Shown: positions 9,268 to 20,825 of the stretch, piece after piece
Numbering within the stretch: the first letter of the stretch is position 1
How the letters are laid out: the number at the start of each line of letters is the position of its first letter
Program-made: the position numbers and the translations under genes
Notes under the pieces: generated by a model
Databases searched by the model: none
What the model saw: the letters and a program-made list of their open reading frames with translations, nothing else
What the model was told of the DNA's origin: nothing
Source of the DNA: Syntrophales bacterium
Lineage (GTDB): Bacteria > Desulfobacterota > Syntrophia > Syntrophales > Fen-1087
DNA: 64,000 nucleotides
Reading direction: 5' to 3'
Assembly (NCBI GenBank): GCA_034678725.1
Contig: JAXDBM010000070.1
Coordinates: forward strand, 5,836-69,835

Positions 9268-9963
9268 TCAGGTTTGCCGAATGCGAAGGCGGTCTTCCGC
9301 CTCGGAAAGCCGAAGGTAGCGCGGGGTGAACCGGAAGAGATCGAGCACGTCGCCGTCCCGGTATTTCCGGCAACCGAGAAGGCCTACCGCCGCCGCCCGC
9401 ACATGATGCTGGTGGGCGGGGGCAAAAAAAGCCCTTTTTCCAAGGGCTTCCCGGATCACCCCTGCGTAGGCGACGGCGCCGTCACCGAGGAAAATCACAT
9501 CTTCCCGCAGATCGCCGAGAAGGTCATCCACATGCGTGACGCGCTCCCGTGCGGTTGTCTCCAACCATCCGTTCGCATGGGCGCGGTAACCGGCGGTGTA
9601 GACCTGCTGCTTCTGGGCATTGAGCACCGGGCAGATCAGACGGTCCGACCATGCGGCGTTTTGCGCCAGTGCATCCAGCGTGGAGACGCCCACAACGGGC
9701 TTTCCCGTCGCCAGCGCAAATCCTTTCACCGTGCTGGCCCCGATCCGAAGACCGGTGAAGGAGCCCGGACCGAGGGTTAACGCAAAGAGGTCGATTTGCG
9801 CAATGCCCAGGCCCGCCGTCTGACAGGTTCGCTCGATCGCCGGCAGGAGGACCTCGGTATGGTTGACGTCCCTGTTGACGAAGGTCTCCGCACGGATGAC
9901 TTCATCTTCGAGCAGGGCGACGCCGACGGTTTTCTGTGAAGTGTCGATCGCAAGAATGTTCAT
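9268..9963 (-). CDS. tsaB: tRNA threonylcarbamoyladenosine biosynthesis protein TsaB
   Basis: MNILAIDTS, GPGSFTGLRIG, P.YLR.SEAE. Confidence 0.95.
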   Translation of the reverse strand: MNILAIDTSQKTVGVALLEDEVIRAETFVNRDVNHTEVLLPAIERTCQTAGLGIAQIDLFALTLGPGSFTGLRIGASTVKGFALATGKPVVGVSTLDALAQNAAWSDRLICPVLNAQKQQVYTAGYRAHANGWLETTARERVTHVDDLLGDLREDVIFLGDGAVAYAGVIREALGKRAFFAPAHQHHVRAAAVGLLGCRKYRDGDVLDLFRFTPRYLRLSEAEDRLRIRQT

Positions 9964-9973
9964 TCCAAGGCCG

Positions 9974-11077
9974 CTATTTGCCCGTAAAGAATTTGGTGAA
10001 TTCATTGACGGCCTTGATGTTCAGACGGTCAATGTCCATCATGAAGACAAAGATCATCAGCAGGATCAGAAGGATGAAGCCGACCTGATTGGCCATTTCC
10101 CGCCACTTCACGCTGACCTCGCTGCCCTTGACGATTTCGATGAGATAGAACACCAGGTGCCCCCCGTCGAGCACGGGGACGGGGAGCAGGTTCAGCACGG
10201 CGAGGTTGATGCTGAGCAGCGCCATGAAAATGACGAAAGGGACAATGCCCTCCTGGGCTGACGTGCCCGCCATCTGCGCGATCAGGATCGGCCCGCCCAG
10301 CGTTCTCGGCGAGAGGACGCCTTCGAAGATCTTGACAATGCTGACCAGCGTGAGCTTGCTGATCATCCAGGTCTGTTTCAGGCTCGCCCAGGCGGCCTCG
10401 GCGGGATTCAGCCGCTCGATGAAAGTCTGGTTGGACGCGCCGATGCCCAGCTTGTAGGCTTCCACGTCCTCCCCGAAGATGCTCTTGGACTTCTGCAGGC
10501 GGGGGGTCACCGCCAGTTCCTGCTGAACACCGTTCCGGAGGAAGGCGACCCTCAGGGCCTTCCCCTGGCTCTGTCCGATCGCTTCCGCCAGCCTGTCCCA
10601 GCGCGAGACGGGGACACCATCCAGAGCAATGACGACGTCGCCTTCCTTCAATCCCGCCGCGAAGGCCGGGGAATCCTCCTGAATGCTGCCGATCTGGCTG
10701 GTCAGCACGGGCACGCCCCACATGAAGACGGCGGTGAAGATCACGATGGCCAGCAGGAAATTGAAGACGGGACCTGCGGCCACGATCAGGATCCGCTTCA
10801 GGACGGACTGCTTGCTGAAGGACCGCTTCTGCTCTTCCGCCGACAATCCCTCCACATCCGCCTCCCCAAGGAGTTTCACATAGCCACCGAGGGGGACGGC
10901 GGAAAGCAGATACTCCGTTTCACCGATCTTTTTTCCGATGATTTTCGGACCGAAGCCCAGTGAAAATTTCAGCACACCGACGCCGGACTTTTTCGCCATC
11001 AGAAAATGGCCCAGCTCGTGCGCAAAAATAAGCACACCGAGGAGCACAATCAAGGATACAACGCTGATTCCGATCAA
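9974..11077 (-). CDS. rseP: RIP metalloprotease RseP
   Basis: HELGH zinc motif, GGYVK, AGP..NF, PDZ segment, NLLPVPVLDGG; TTG start with RBS. Confidence 0.96.
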   Translation of the reverse strand: MIGISVVSLIVLLGVLIFAHELGHFLMAKKSGVGVLKFSLGFGPKIIGKKIGETEYLLSAVPLGGYVKLLGEADVEGLSAEEQKRSFSKQSVLKRILIVAAGPVFNFLLAIVIFTAVFMWGVPVLTSQIGSIQEDSPAFAAGLKEGDVVIALDGVPVSRWDRLAEAIGQSQGKALRVAFLRNGVQQELAVTPRLQKSKSIFGEDVEAYKLGIGASNQTFIERLNPAEAAWASLKQTWMISKLTLVSIVKIFEGVLSPRTLGGPILIAQMAGTSAQEGIVPFVIFMALLSINLAVLNLLPVPVLDGGHLVFYLIEIVKGSEVSVKWREMANQVGFILLILLMIFVFMMDIDRLNIKAVNEFTKFFTGK

Positions 11078-11124
11078 TCCACAACTCCTTCCCTTCTCCG
11101 GCGCTTTTCAAAAAGCGTTTCTGT

Positions 11125-12294
11125 TTACACGTTTTCCGCGATTCTCTCAACGAAATAATCCGCTTCCCGCCGGGCCCACCGGTCCGCCTGCAGAATCTGG
11201 TCGAGGTCCGGCGACGCAACCGGCAGGTGACGATCCAGTACTTTCAATATCACGACGGGAAGGTCCCGGAATCGGATTCTTTCCTGAAGGAAAGCCTCCA
11301 CCGCAACCTCGTTGGCCCCGTTCAGGACAGCGGGCAGCGTCCCGCCGGACCTTCCGGCATCACGCGCCAGCTTGAGGCAGGGGAACCGCTCCGGGTCCGG
11401 TTCGAAAAATTCGAGCGGGCCCGCCTGGATCAGATTCAGGGCGGCCTCCGGGCCGCGAAGCCGCTCCGGAAAAGACAGGGCATAGGCAATGGGAATGCGC
11501 ATGTCCGGAATCCCCAATTGGGCGACGACGGAACCGTCCCGATACGCCACCATGGAATGGACGATGCTTTTCGGGTGGACCAGGACATCGATGCGGTCGA
11601 TGCCGACGTCGAACAGCCACCGGGCCTCGATAATTTCAAGCCCCTTGTTCATCATGGAGGCGGAATCGATCGTGATCTTCCGGCCCATCTCCCAGTTGGG
11701 GTGCTTCAGGGCGGCGGCAGGCGTCACGGTGTCGAGCTGCTCGGCGGAAAACGTCCGGAAGGGACCGCCGGAGGCCGTCAGGATGATCCGCTGAATGTCT
11801 TCCGGCCGGTTTCCGGCCAGGCACTGGTGAATGGCGCTGTGCTCGCTGTCCACGGGCAGGATTCGGACCCGCCGCTCCCTTGCCTTTTCGACCACGAGGC
11901 CTCCCGCCATAACCAGGGCCTCCTTGTTGGCCAAAGCGATGTCCTTTCCCGCGTCGATGGCCTCCAGCGTGGGCAGGAGCCCCGCCGATCCCACCATGGC
12001 CGACACCACCATGCTCGCTTCCCCGTGGCGGGCAACTTCGCGGTAGCCGGCCGGCCCGGAAAGAACGGCCGTCGCGCAGCCGGGCGGAAGGCTCTCCCGC
12101 AGTCGCTCCGCATGCGCTTCGTCGATCACGGAAGCCACCGCAGGGTGAAAACATTCGATCTGGTCCTTCAGCAGGCGGATGTTCCGCCCCCCGGCCAGCG
12201 CGGCGGCGGAAAACCGCGTTGAATGCCGCGCGATCACGTCGAGTGTGCTGACGCCGATGGATCCGGTGCTCCCGAGAATCGATATTTTTTTCAT
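11125..12294 (-). CDS. dxr: 1-deoxy-D-xylulose-5-phosphate reductoisomerase
   Basis: LGSTGSIG, LANKE, PVDSEHSA, HPNWEMGRKITIDSA. Confidence 0.97.
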   Translation of the reverse strand: MKKISILGSTGSIGVSTLDVIARHSTRFSAAALAGGRNIRLLKDQIECFHPAVASVIDEAHAERLRESLPPGCATAVLSGPAGYREVARHGEASMVVSAMVGSAGLLPTLEAIDAGKDIALANKEALVMAGGLVVEKARERRVRILPVDSEHSAIHQCLAGNRPEDIQRIILTASGGPFRTFSAEQLDTVTPAAALKHPNWEMGRKITIDSASMMNKGLEIIEARWLFDVGIDRIDVLVHPKSIVHSMVAYRDGSVVAQLGIPDMRIPIAYALSFPERLRGPEAALNLIQAGPLEFFEPDPERFPCLKLARDAGRSGGTLPAVLNGANEVAVEAFLQERIRFRDLPVVILKVLDRHLPVASPDLDQILQADRWARREADYFVERIAENV

Positions 12295-13097
12295 GGAATG
12301 ACGAATACGCGGTAGTAATAGAGGAAGGGGGCGATAAAAATCAGGCAGTCGAGCCGGTCCAGAATACCGCCGTGGCCGGGCAGGATCGTCCCGGAATCCT
12401 TGACTCCGGACGCCCGTTTCATGGCGGATTCACACAGATCGCCGAGCTGCCCGATGACGCTTCCGAAGAGGCCCAGGGCGGCGGCATGAACGACGGGGAG
12501 GGAGGGGAAGAAGAAGTGCTGGAAGATGACGCACCCGACAACGCTCCCGGCAAAGAGGCCGATGGTCCCTTCCACGGTCTTGTTCGGACTGACCAGCGGA
12601 AGCAGCTTTCGCCTGCCGAAGTTTCTGCCCACGTAATAGGCCGCCACGTCGCCGGCAAAGGCCAGCACCAGCAGAAACAGGATCCAGAGGTGTCCCTGCT
12701 CGAAGCGGCGAATGAGGATGAAATAGGACATCATCAACGGCACGTACATGAATCCCAGAACCAGCTTTCCGACGGGCAGGATGTCGAATTTCTCCTCCCG
12801 GATCCCGAGCAGAAAGGTAAAAAATACGACCAGCACGCCGAAGCTCAACAGCGCCATGAGCAGCCGCATGTCGCCGAGATAGACGGCCAGCGGGATCAGG
12901 AATCCCATCAGCAGGGCGATCGTCTTCTCCCATGCGTGGCCCTTTCCGAAGACGATCTGGTGGTATTCGCAGACGCCGACGAGAATGACGGCCAGGATCA
13001 CGCCGGAAAACACGGCATCGGACCCGTAGAAAATCACGGCCAGAAGCAGCGGCACGGCAATGACGGCGGTAAGCCAGCGTTTCAGGTGCGAGGTCAT
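12291..13097 (-). CDS. cdsA: Phosphatidate cytidylyltransferase
   Basis: Polytopic membrane protein with SPNKTVEG, GDLCES..KR..GVKDSG..LPGHGGILDR. Confidence 0.96.
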   Translation of the reverse strand: MTSHLKRWLTAVIAVPLLLAVIFYGSDAVFSGVILAVILVGVCEYHQIVFGKGHAWEKTIALLMGFLIPLAVYLGDMRLLMALLSFGVLVVFFTFLLGIREEKFDILPVGKLVLGFMYVPLMMSYFILIRRFEQGHLWILFLLVLAFAGDVAAYYVGRNFGRRKLLPLVSPNKTVEGTIGLFAGSVVGCVIFQHFFFPSLPVVHAAALGLFGSVIGQLGDLCESAMKRASGVKDSGTILPGHGGILDRLDCLIFIAPFLYYYRVFVIP

Positions 13098-13840
13098 TCC
13101 GGTCTCCCTTCACGGACCTGGTCACTGGTGAGGCCGAAGCGCCGCTCGCGGCGCTGGTACTCGGCAATCGCCCGGAACAGTTCGCCGCGGTTGAAATCCG
13201 GCCACAGGACATCGGTGAAGTAGAACTCCGTGTAGGCGCATTGCCAGAGCAGAAAATTGCTGATCCGGTACTCGCCGCTGGTCCGGATCAGCAGGTCCGG
13301 GTCTGGCAGACCGGCCGTATCGAGATAGCGGGAAAACAAATCCGGCGTGATATCCGGCGTCGACAGGACGCCTTTCCGGAAGTCCTCGACAATGCCCTTG
13401 ACGGCGCCGACGATCTCGTCGCGCCCCCCGTAACTCAGCGCCAGGTTGAGGGTCATCTCCCGGTTTTGAGACGTCCGGGCGATGGTTTCCCGAAGCACGC
13501 CCCGAATGGGCTCCTTCAGGGCTTCCATGTCCCCGATTGCCGCCAGCCGAATGCCGTTTTCCAGCATTTCCTGCACCTCCGAGCGGAGGTACTCCTCCAG
13601 AAGGCCCATGAGCGCTTTCACTTCGCGGGCCGGCCGGAGCCAGTTTTCCGTTGAGAAGGCATAGAGCGTCAGAACCCGGACCCCGATCTCCCGGCAGGCC
13701 CTGACCGTGTCGCGGACCGCATCCGCCCCCTTCTTGTGCCCGGCAATTCTGCCCATCGCGTGCTGTTTGGCCCACCGGCCGTTTCCATCCATGATGATGG
13801 CAATGTGGCGGGGCAGGTTCCCGGGATCGATCTCCGTCAT
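13094..13840 (-). CDS. uppS: Undecaprenyl diphosphate synthase (isoprenyl transferase)
   Basis: PRHIAIIMDGNGRWA, YAFSTENW, DLLIRTSGEYRISNFLLWQ, R.RRFG. Confidence 0.96.
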   Translation of the reverse strand: MTEIDPGNLPRHIAIIMDGNGRWAKQHAMGRIAGHKKGADAVRDTVRACREIGVRVLTLYAFSTENWLRPAREVKALMGLLEEYLRSEVQEMLENGIRLAAIGDMEALKEPIRGVLRETIARTSQNREMTLNLALSYGGRDEIVGAVKGIVEDFRKGVLSTPDITPDLFSRYLDTAGLPDPDLLIRTSGEYRISNFLLWQCAYTEFYFTDVLWPDFNRGELFRAIAEYQRRERRFGLTSDQVREGRPE

Positions 13841-13948
13841 CGCGATGCCGCGTTTCTGTGTTTCGGAAATAATTTTGGGATCATGAATACCCTGCCTACC
13901 ACAACGGTTCCGCCCTGACAAGGAAAGAGCGAAAGGACGGCGGGCCAT

Positions 13949-13976
13949 AAAAAAACGGGGAGCCCGAAGGCTCCCC
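13949..13976 (-). terminator. Rho-independent terminator after frr
   Basis: Perfect 8-bp stem GGGGAGCC/GGCTCCCC with 4-nt loop followed on the minus strand by a T-run. Confidence 0.75.
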
Positions 13977-14003
13977 CTTACCGGCAAACCGCTCCCGTTT
14001 CCC

Positions 14004-15292
<1,289 letters not shown>

Positions 15293-15892
15293 CTACTTCT
15301 CCTCGCCGAGCTGGAAGCGGGCAAAGCGCCGGATGACGATGTTCTCGCCGGTTTTGGCGATCATGTTGCTGACCAGCGTGCCGACGGTAATGTCGGTATT
15401 CTTGATGAACTTCTGATCGACCAGGCACATCTCCTCGGCGTACTTTTTCAGCTTTCCCTCGATGATTTTGTCCCAGATCTTTTCCGGCTTTTTTTCAGCC
15501 GTGAGCTGGTCCCGGTAGATGGCCTTCTCACGTTCCAGCGTTTCGGCCGGGATTTCATCGGCCCGCACGTACAGCGGATTGGAAGCCGCCACGTGCATGG
15601 CAATGTCCCGGGCCATGGTCTGAAAATCCTCCGTTTTGGCCACGAAATCCGTTTCGCAGTTCACCTCCACCAGGACACCGATCCGTCCTCCCATGTGGAC
15701 GTACGTGGCGACCGTTCCGTCCTTCGCCGCCTTGGACGACCTCTTCGTCGCGGCCGACATGCCTTTCTTCCGCAGATAATCGATCGCTTTCTCAAAATCG
15801 CCACCCGCCGCCGTCAGGGCCTCCTTGCAGTCCATCATGCCGGCGCCGGTCTTCACCCGCAAATCCTTAACCATTTCCGATGTGATATTCAA
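15293..15892 (-). CDS. tsf: Translation elongation factor Ts (short form)
   Basis: LRVKTGAGMMDCK, EVNCETDFVA, RRFARFQLGE; TTG start with GAGGAGG RBS. Confidence 0.97.
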   Translation of the reverse strand: MNITSEMVKDLRVKTGAGMMDCKEALTAAGGDFEKAIDYLRKKGMSAATKRSSKAAKDGTVATYVHMGGRIGVLVEVNCETDFVAKTEDFQTMARDIAMHVAASNPLYVRADEIPAETLEREKAIYRDQLTAEKKPEKIWDKIIEGKLKKYAEEMCLVDQKFIKNTDITVGTLVSNMIAKTGENIVIRRFARFQLGEEK

Positions 15893-15943
15893 TTCAGGCT
15901 ACCTCCTCTGTCCTTTTTATCCTCAACCCGACAGCCGCCGCGA

Positions 15944-16762
15944 TCAGGCGACGTCGTCATACCCGGGACCGCCGTTCTTGGTTTCCACGCTTTCGGGGAC
16001 ATCGGCCTCGGCCTCCCCTTCCCGCTCGGTGCCCTCGGGGACGAGATCCTTGTTCGTTTCGGCCTGCAGCCGCTCTTCAAAGCGTTTCTTCCCTTCCACC
16101 ACGGCATCCGCCATCTTCGAGGCGAACAGCTTGATTGCCCGAATGGCATCGTCGTTGCCGGGAATGATGTAATCGATGTCGTCCGGATTGCAGTTCGTAT
16201 CGACCATGGCAACGATGGGAATCTTCAGTTTCCGGGCCTCGTGAACGGTGATCTGTTCGCGTTTCGGATCCACAATGAAAAGCCCGGACGGACGCCCCTT
16301 GATTGCCCGAATGCCGCCCAGGACCTTTTCAAGCTTGTCCTTTTCCTTCTGAAGCTTCAGGACCTCCTTTTTCGGGAAGGCCCGAATGCTGTCATCGGAA
16401 AACATCTTGTCCAGGCTGTTGAGCCGGTCGATGCTTTTTTTGATCGTGCTGAAGTTCGTGATCATTCCGCCCAGCCAGCGCTGGTTCACATAGGGCATCC
16501 CGCATCGCTCCGCCTCTTCGCGGATCGATTCCTGCGACTGCTTCTTGGTCCCCACAAACAGGATCTCGCCGCCGGCCGCCACCGTTTCGACCACGAAATT
16601 ATAGGCGGTCTGAAAGAGGACCACCGTCTGCTGGAGGTCGATGATGTAGATCCCGTTTCGCGCCCCGAAAATAAAGGGCTTCATCTTCGGATTCCATTTG
16701 TTGGTCTGATGACCGAAATGGACTCCCGCCTCGAGTAACGCCTTCATCGAAATGCTTGCCAT
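15944..16762 (-). CDS. rpsB: 30S ribosomal protein S2
   Basis: [40 protein letters not shown]. Confidence 0.98.
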   Translation of the reverse strand: MASISMKALLEAGVHFGHQTNKWNPKMKPFIFGARNGIYIIDLQQTVVLFQTAYNFVVETVAAGGEILFVGTKKQSQESIREEAERCGMPYVNQRWLGGMITNFSTIKKSIDRLNSLDKMFSDDSIRAFPKKEVLKLQKEKDKLEKVLGGIRAIKGRPSGLFIVDPKREQITVHEARKLKIPIVAMVDTNCNPDDIDYIIPGNDDAIRAIKLFASKMADAVVEGKKRFEERLQAETNKDLVPEGTEREGEAEADVPESVETKNGGPGYDDVA

Positions 16763-16962
16763 GTTTTAAACTCCTTATTCTGTGTTTTTTCCGCCACCCC
16801 CATCGCCTCAACCGGTTACATTTCCTGAAAAATGCACACGCCGGCCGATCCGGGAATGTGTGAAATTCGCGAGGAAATAGCACAAAGATTGCGAGGAAGC
16901 AAGAGAAAAGTCGACGTCGTTCGCAAAGGGATCGCGCTGACTCCGAAAAGCCGGCCGGCTGA

Positions 16963-18165
16963 TCAGGTATGGTATTGGGCGTTGATTCTGATGTATTCGT
17001 GGGTCAGGTCGGAGGTGTGAAGACAGAAGGATTTCGATCCGGCCCCAAGCCGGACGGTGATCCGAATGTCCGCCTTTTCCATGATTCCGGAGAGACCTTT
17101 CCGATTTTCGGACAAACCGCGGCCACCCCTGAAAACGGGAATGTCCTCAAACCAGACGGTCACGGCATCATCCCGCAGGGGAACGCCCGCGGCGCCGGCT
17201 GCGGCGATGATCCTTCCCCAGTTGGGGTCCTGACCGAAACAGGCCGTCTTGAACAGGTTGGAATTGGCGACGGCATAGGCGATTTTTTTCGCGTCGCCGG
17301 CGGTCCGGGCCTCCTCGATTGTGATCCGGATGAGTTTGGTCGCCCCCTCGCCGTCCCGGACCATGCTTCGGGAGAGTTCGGACAGGACGCCGGAAAGCAT
17401 CTCGCAGAAAATCGCCAGGGATTTGGACCGCCTTCGGATCAGCGGATTGCCGGCCCGGCCGTTGGCCAGAATGATTGCCGTGTCGTTGGTGCTCATGCAG
17501 CCGTCCACGCTGATGGCATTGAAGCTTTCACCGACGGCCTGCCTGAAAACGGCGTCGAGCGCCGACCCTTCGATGGCGGCATCGGTCATGACGTAGGAGA
17601 GCATCGTCGCCATGTGCGGCTGGATCATGCCGGCGCCCTTGGCGATGCCGCAGAGGGTGACCGGACGGTCGCCGATCCGACCCTTCCTCATGGCGACTTT
17701 CGGAAAGCGGTCCGTCGTCATGATGGCCTCCTCCGCCGCGGCAATTCCGTCCGGCCGCAACCCCCGGATCAGCCGGCCCATGGCCGCACCGATCTTTCGG
17801 ACGGGCAGGCGGTGGCCGATGACGCCGGTCGAGGCGACGAGCACCAGATCGTCGGGGATGCCGAGCCTTCTCGAGAGGAACCCCGACATGGCCCGGGCGT
17901 TCCGGTATCCCTCCGCGCCGGTTGCCGCATTGGCGTTGCCGCTATTGGTCAGGATGGCCTGCGCACGCCCCGACCGGATCCGCTCCATGTCCAGGAGGAC
18001 CGGCGCCGCCTTGAAGACGTTGGTGGTGAAAACCGCCGCAGCCGCAGCCGGCTCCGTGGAATAAATCAGGGAAAGGTCCTTCCGCCCTTTCTCCTTGATC
18101 CCGGCATGGGTGCCGTTGGCCAGAAAACCCGGCACGGCATAGATCTCCCCCCGACCGCCTGTCAT
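16963..18165 (-). CDS. argJ: Bifunctional glutamate N-acetyltransferase/amino-acid acetyltransferase
   Basis: NSGNANAATG, STGVIG, MTTDRFPK, KGAGMI.P.MATML, DGCMSTND, DGEGATK. Confidence 0.96.
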   Translation of the reverse strand: MTGGRGEIYAVPGFLANGTHAGIKEKGRKDLSLIYSTEPAAAAAVFTTNVFKAAPVLLDMERIRSGRAQAILTNSGNANAATGAEGYRNARAMSGFLSRRLGIPDDLVLVASTGVIGHRLPVRKIGAAMGRLIRGLRPDGIAAAEEAIMTTDRFPKVAMRKGRIGDRPVTLCGIAKGAGMIQPHMATMLSYVMTDAAIEGSALDAVFRQAVGESFNAISVDGCMSTNDTAIILANGRAGNPLIRRRSKSLAIFCEMLSGVLSELSRSMVRDGEGATKLIRITIEEARTAGDAKKIAYAVANSNLFKTACFGQDPNWGRIIAAAGAAGVPLRDDAVTVWFEDIPVFRGGRGLSENRKGLSGIMEKADIRITVRLGAGSKSFCLHTSDLTHEYIRINAQYHT

Positions 18166-18179
18166 GATTTCCTCCCGCT

Positions 18180-20699
18180 TCACTGGCCGCAGCACTTTTT
18201 GTACTTCTTTCCGCTTCCGCAGGGGCAGGGGTCGTTTCGTCCGATCTTGTCGTGATCCCTTCGGACGGTCTTCTGCGCCGGCGTGTCCTCGCCCCGGCTC
18301 ATGACATAATCCTGCCGCTGCTTTTCCTGCATCTCCTCGATCTCCTCCTCGCGCCGGATCTGGACCCGGCAGAGCTTTTCGATCGTGTCGGTCTTGATCC
18401 GGGAGACCATGTCCATGAACATCTCATATCCTTCCTTCTGATATTCCCGGACGGGGTCCTTCTGACCGTAGCCTCTCAGGCCGATGCCCTCTTTCATGTG
18501 ATCCATGCCCAGCAGATGATCCTTCCAGCGGGTGTCGATGGACTGAAGCATGATCATCCGGATCAGGTGCTCCATCAGCGGCTGTCCGAATTCCTCCTCT
18601 TTCTTCCTCAGATGGGCCTTGACGGCCGAAAGGATCGCTTCCCGGATCCCGTCCTCATTGAGGCCGCGTCCCGGATCGCCGAGGTTCAGCTTCAGCGAGA
18701 ACTGCTTGAAGACCATTTCGTCCAGACCCTTGAGGTTCCAGTCCTCCGGATGCTGTTTCTCCCCGATGTAGTCGGGGATCAGATCGTCCGCCACTTCCTC
18801 GATCATCTCCTCGACGTCTTTCCAGAGTTCCTCCCCCCCGAGCACCTTTTTCCGCTGCTCATAGATGACCTGGCGCTGCCGGTTCATGACGTCGTCATAC
18901 TCGAGTAGATGCTTGCGGATGTCGAAGTTCTGTCCCTCCACCCGCCTTTGCGCATTTTCGATGGCCTTGGAGATCATCCGGTGCTCGATGGGCTGATTTT
19001 CCTCGATGCCGATCTTGTCCATGATGGCGGATATTTTCTCGGCCCCGAAGATGCGCAGCAGATCATCCTCCAGCGATAGGTAGAAGCGCGAGGAGCCCAT
19101 GTCCCCCTGCCGCCCCGACCGGCCGCGGAGCTGGTTGTCGATCCGCCGGCTTTCATGCCGCTCCGTCCCGAGGATATGGAGGCCGCCCAGTTCGGCGACG
19201 CCCTCCCCCAGTTTGATGTCCGTCCCGCGGCCCGCCATGTTGGTGGAGATCGTGACCTGCCCCCTCTGGCCGGCCTGGGCAACGATCTCCGCTTCGCGCT
19301 CGTGGTGCTTGGCGTTCAGAACGTGGTGCTTGATTCCGGTCCGGGTCAGGTATTTGCTCAGCAGTTCCGACTTCTCGATGGAGATGGTCCCGACCAGCAC
19401 GGGCCTGCCCGTCCGGTGGAGTTCCTTGATCTCCTCGATCGCCGCATTGAACTTCTCCTGCTCGGTCTTGTAGATGACGTCCGTATGGTCGGTCCGGATC
19501 ATGGGCATGTTGGTCGGAACGACCAGGACGTCCAGATTGTAGATCTTCTTGAATTCGGCCGCCTCGGTGTCGGCGGTGCCCGTCATGCCCGCCAGTTTTT
19601 TGTACATGCGGAAATAGTTCTGGAAGGTAATGGAAGCCAGGGTCTGGTTCTCCCGCTCGATTTTCACCTTCTCCTTCGCCTCCAGGGCCTGGTGCAGACC
19701 GTCGCTGTAGCGCCGGCCCGGCATGACCCTGCCGGTGAATTCGTCGACGATGATCACTTCGCCTTCCTTGACGACATAATCCACGTCCCGCTTGAACAGG
19801 GTATGGGCCTTCAGGGCCTGGTTGACATGATGCAGCAGTTCCATGTTCCGCGGCTCGTAGAGATTCTGCACTTTGAGATAGGATTCGACCCGCGCCACGC
19901 CCTCCTCGGTCAGCACGACGGTCCGGCTCTTCTCGTCAATCGTGTAATCCTGTTCCTTGCGCAGCCTGGGTATGACCTGGTTGATGCGGTAGTACTTGTC
20001 CGTCGACTCGTCGGAAGGGCCCGAGATGATCAGGGGCGTCCGGGCCTCATCGATGAGGATGCTGTCCACCTCGTCGACGATGGCATAGTGAAAATCGCGC
20101 TGGACGTAATCCGCGAGGCTGAACTTCATGTTGTCCCGCAGATAGTCGAATCCGAACTCGTTGTTGGTACCGTAGGTGATGTCCGCATGATAGGCTTTCC
20201 GCCGCTCGTCGTCATCCAGGCCGTGCACGATGACGCCCACGGTCATTCCCAGCATTTTGTAGATGGGCCCCATCCATGCTGCGTCCCGCTGGGCCAGATA
20301 ATCGTTCACCGTGACCAGGTGGACGCCCTTTCCGGGCAGGGCATTCAGATAGAGCGGCATGGTTGCCGCCAGCGTTTTCCCCTCACCGGTCTTCATTTCC
20401 GCGATCGTTCCCTCGTGCAGGACCAGCCCGCCGAGAATCTGAACGTCGAAAGGCCTCATCCCGACGCTCCGCCTGGCCGCCTCGCGGACGACCGCGAAGG
20501 CTTCCACCAGGATGTCCTCCAGGCCGGCTCCCTGCGCCAGTTTTTCTCTGAAGTCGTCCGTTTTGGCGCGCAGTCCCTCGTCGCTGAGGCTTCGAACCGC
20601 CGGTTCCAAATCGTTGATCTCCCGCAGAATGAGAGACAGGCGCTTCATCTCGCGGTCGTTTTTGCTTCCGATCACTTTCTTCAGCAGAGCTCCGATCAT
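18180..20699 (-). CDS. secA: Preprotein translocase subunit SecA
   Basis: [40 protein letters not shown]-terminal [18 protein letters not shown]. Confidence 0.98.
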   Translation of the reverse strand: MIGALLKKVIGSKNDREMKRLSLILREINDLEPAVRSLSDEGLRAKTDDFREKLAQGAGLEDILVEAFAVVREAARRSVGMRPFDVQILGGLVLHEGTIAEMKTGEGKTLAATMPLYLNALPGKGVHLVTVNDYLAQRDAAWMGPIYKMLGMTVGVIVHGLDDDERRKAYHADITYGTNNEFGFDYLRDNMKFSLADYVQRDFHYAIVDEVDSILIDEARTPLIISGPSDESTDKYYRINQVIPRLRKEQDYTIDEKSRTVVLTEEGVARVESYLKVQNLYEPRNMELLHHVNQALKAHTLFKRDVDYVVKEGEVIIVDEFTGRVMPGRRYSDGLHQALEAKEKVKIERENQTLASITFQNYFRMYKKLAGMTGTADTEAAEFKKIYNLDVLVVPTNMPMIRTDHTDVIYKTEQEKFNAAIEEIKELHRTGRPVLVGTISIEKSELLSKYLTRTGIKHHVLNAKHHEREAEIVAQAGQRGQVTISTNMAGRGTDIKLGEGVAELGGLHILGTERHESRRIDNQLRGRSGRQGDMGSSRFYLSLEDDLLRIFGAEKISAIMDKIGIEENQPIEHRMISKAIENAQRRVEGQNFDIRKHLLEYDDVMNRQRQVIYEQRKKVLGGEELWKDVEEMIEEVADDLIPDYIGEKQHPEDWNLKGLDEMVFKQFSLKLNLGDPGRGLNEDGIREAILSAVKAHLRKKEEEFGQPLMEHLIRMIMLQSIDTRWKDHLLGMDHMKEGIGLRGYGQKDPVREYQKEGYEMFMDMVSRIKTDTIEKLCRVQIRREEEIEEMQEKQRQDYVMSRGEDTPAQKTVRRDHDKIGRNDPCPCGSGKKYKKCCGQ

Positions 20700-20825
20700 A
20701 AATAACACCTTGAAAAAAAAGCCGGCAACCGGACCGGCAAATGGAATCACATATGCTGCAACGCCGAAAGCCGCCGCATGACCAACCCCTGGCGGCCTTC
20801 GGATTTCTTTCCCGGCGGGGATTCT

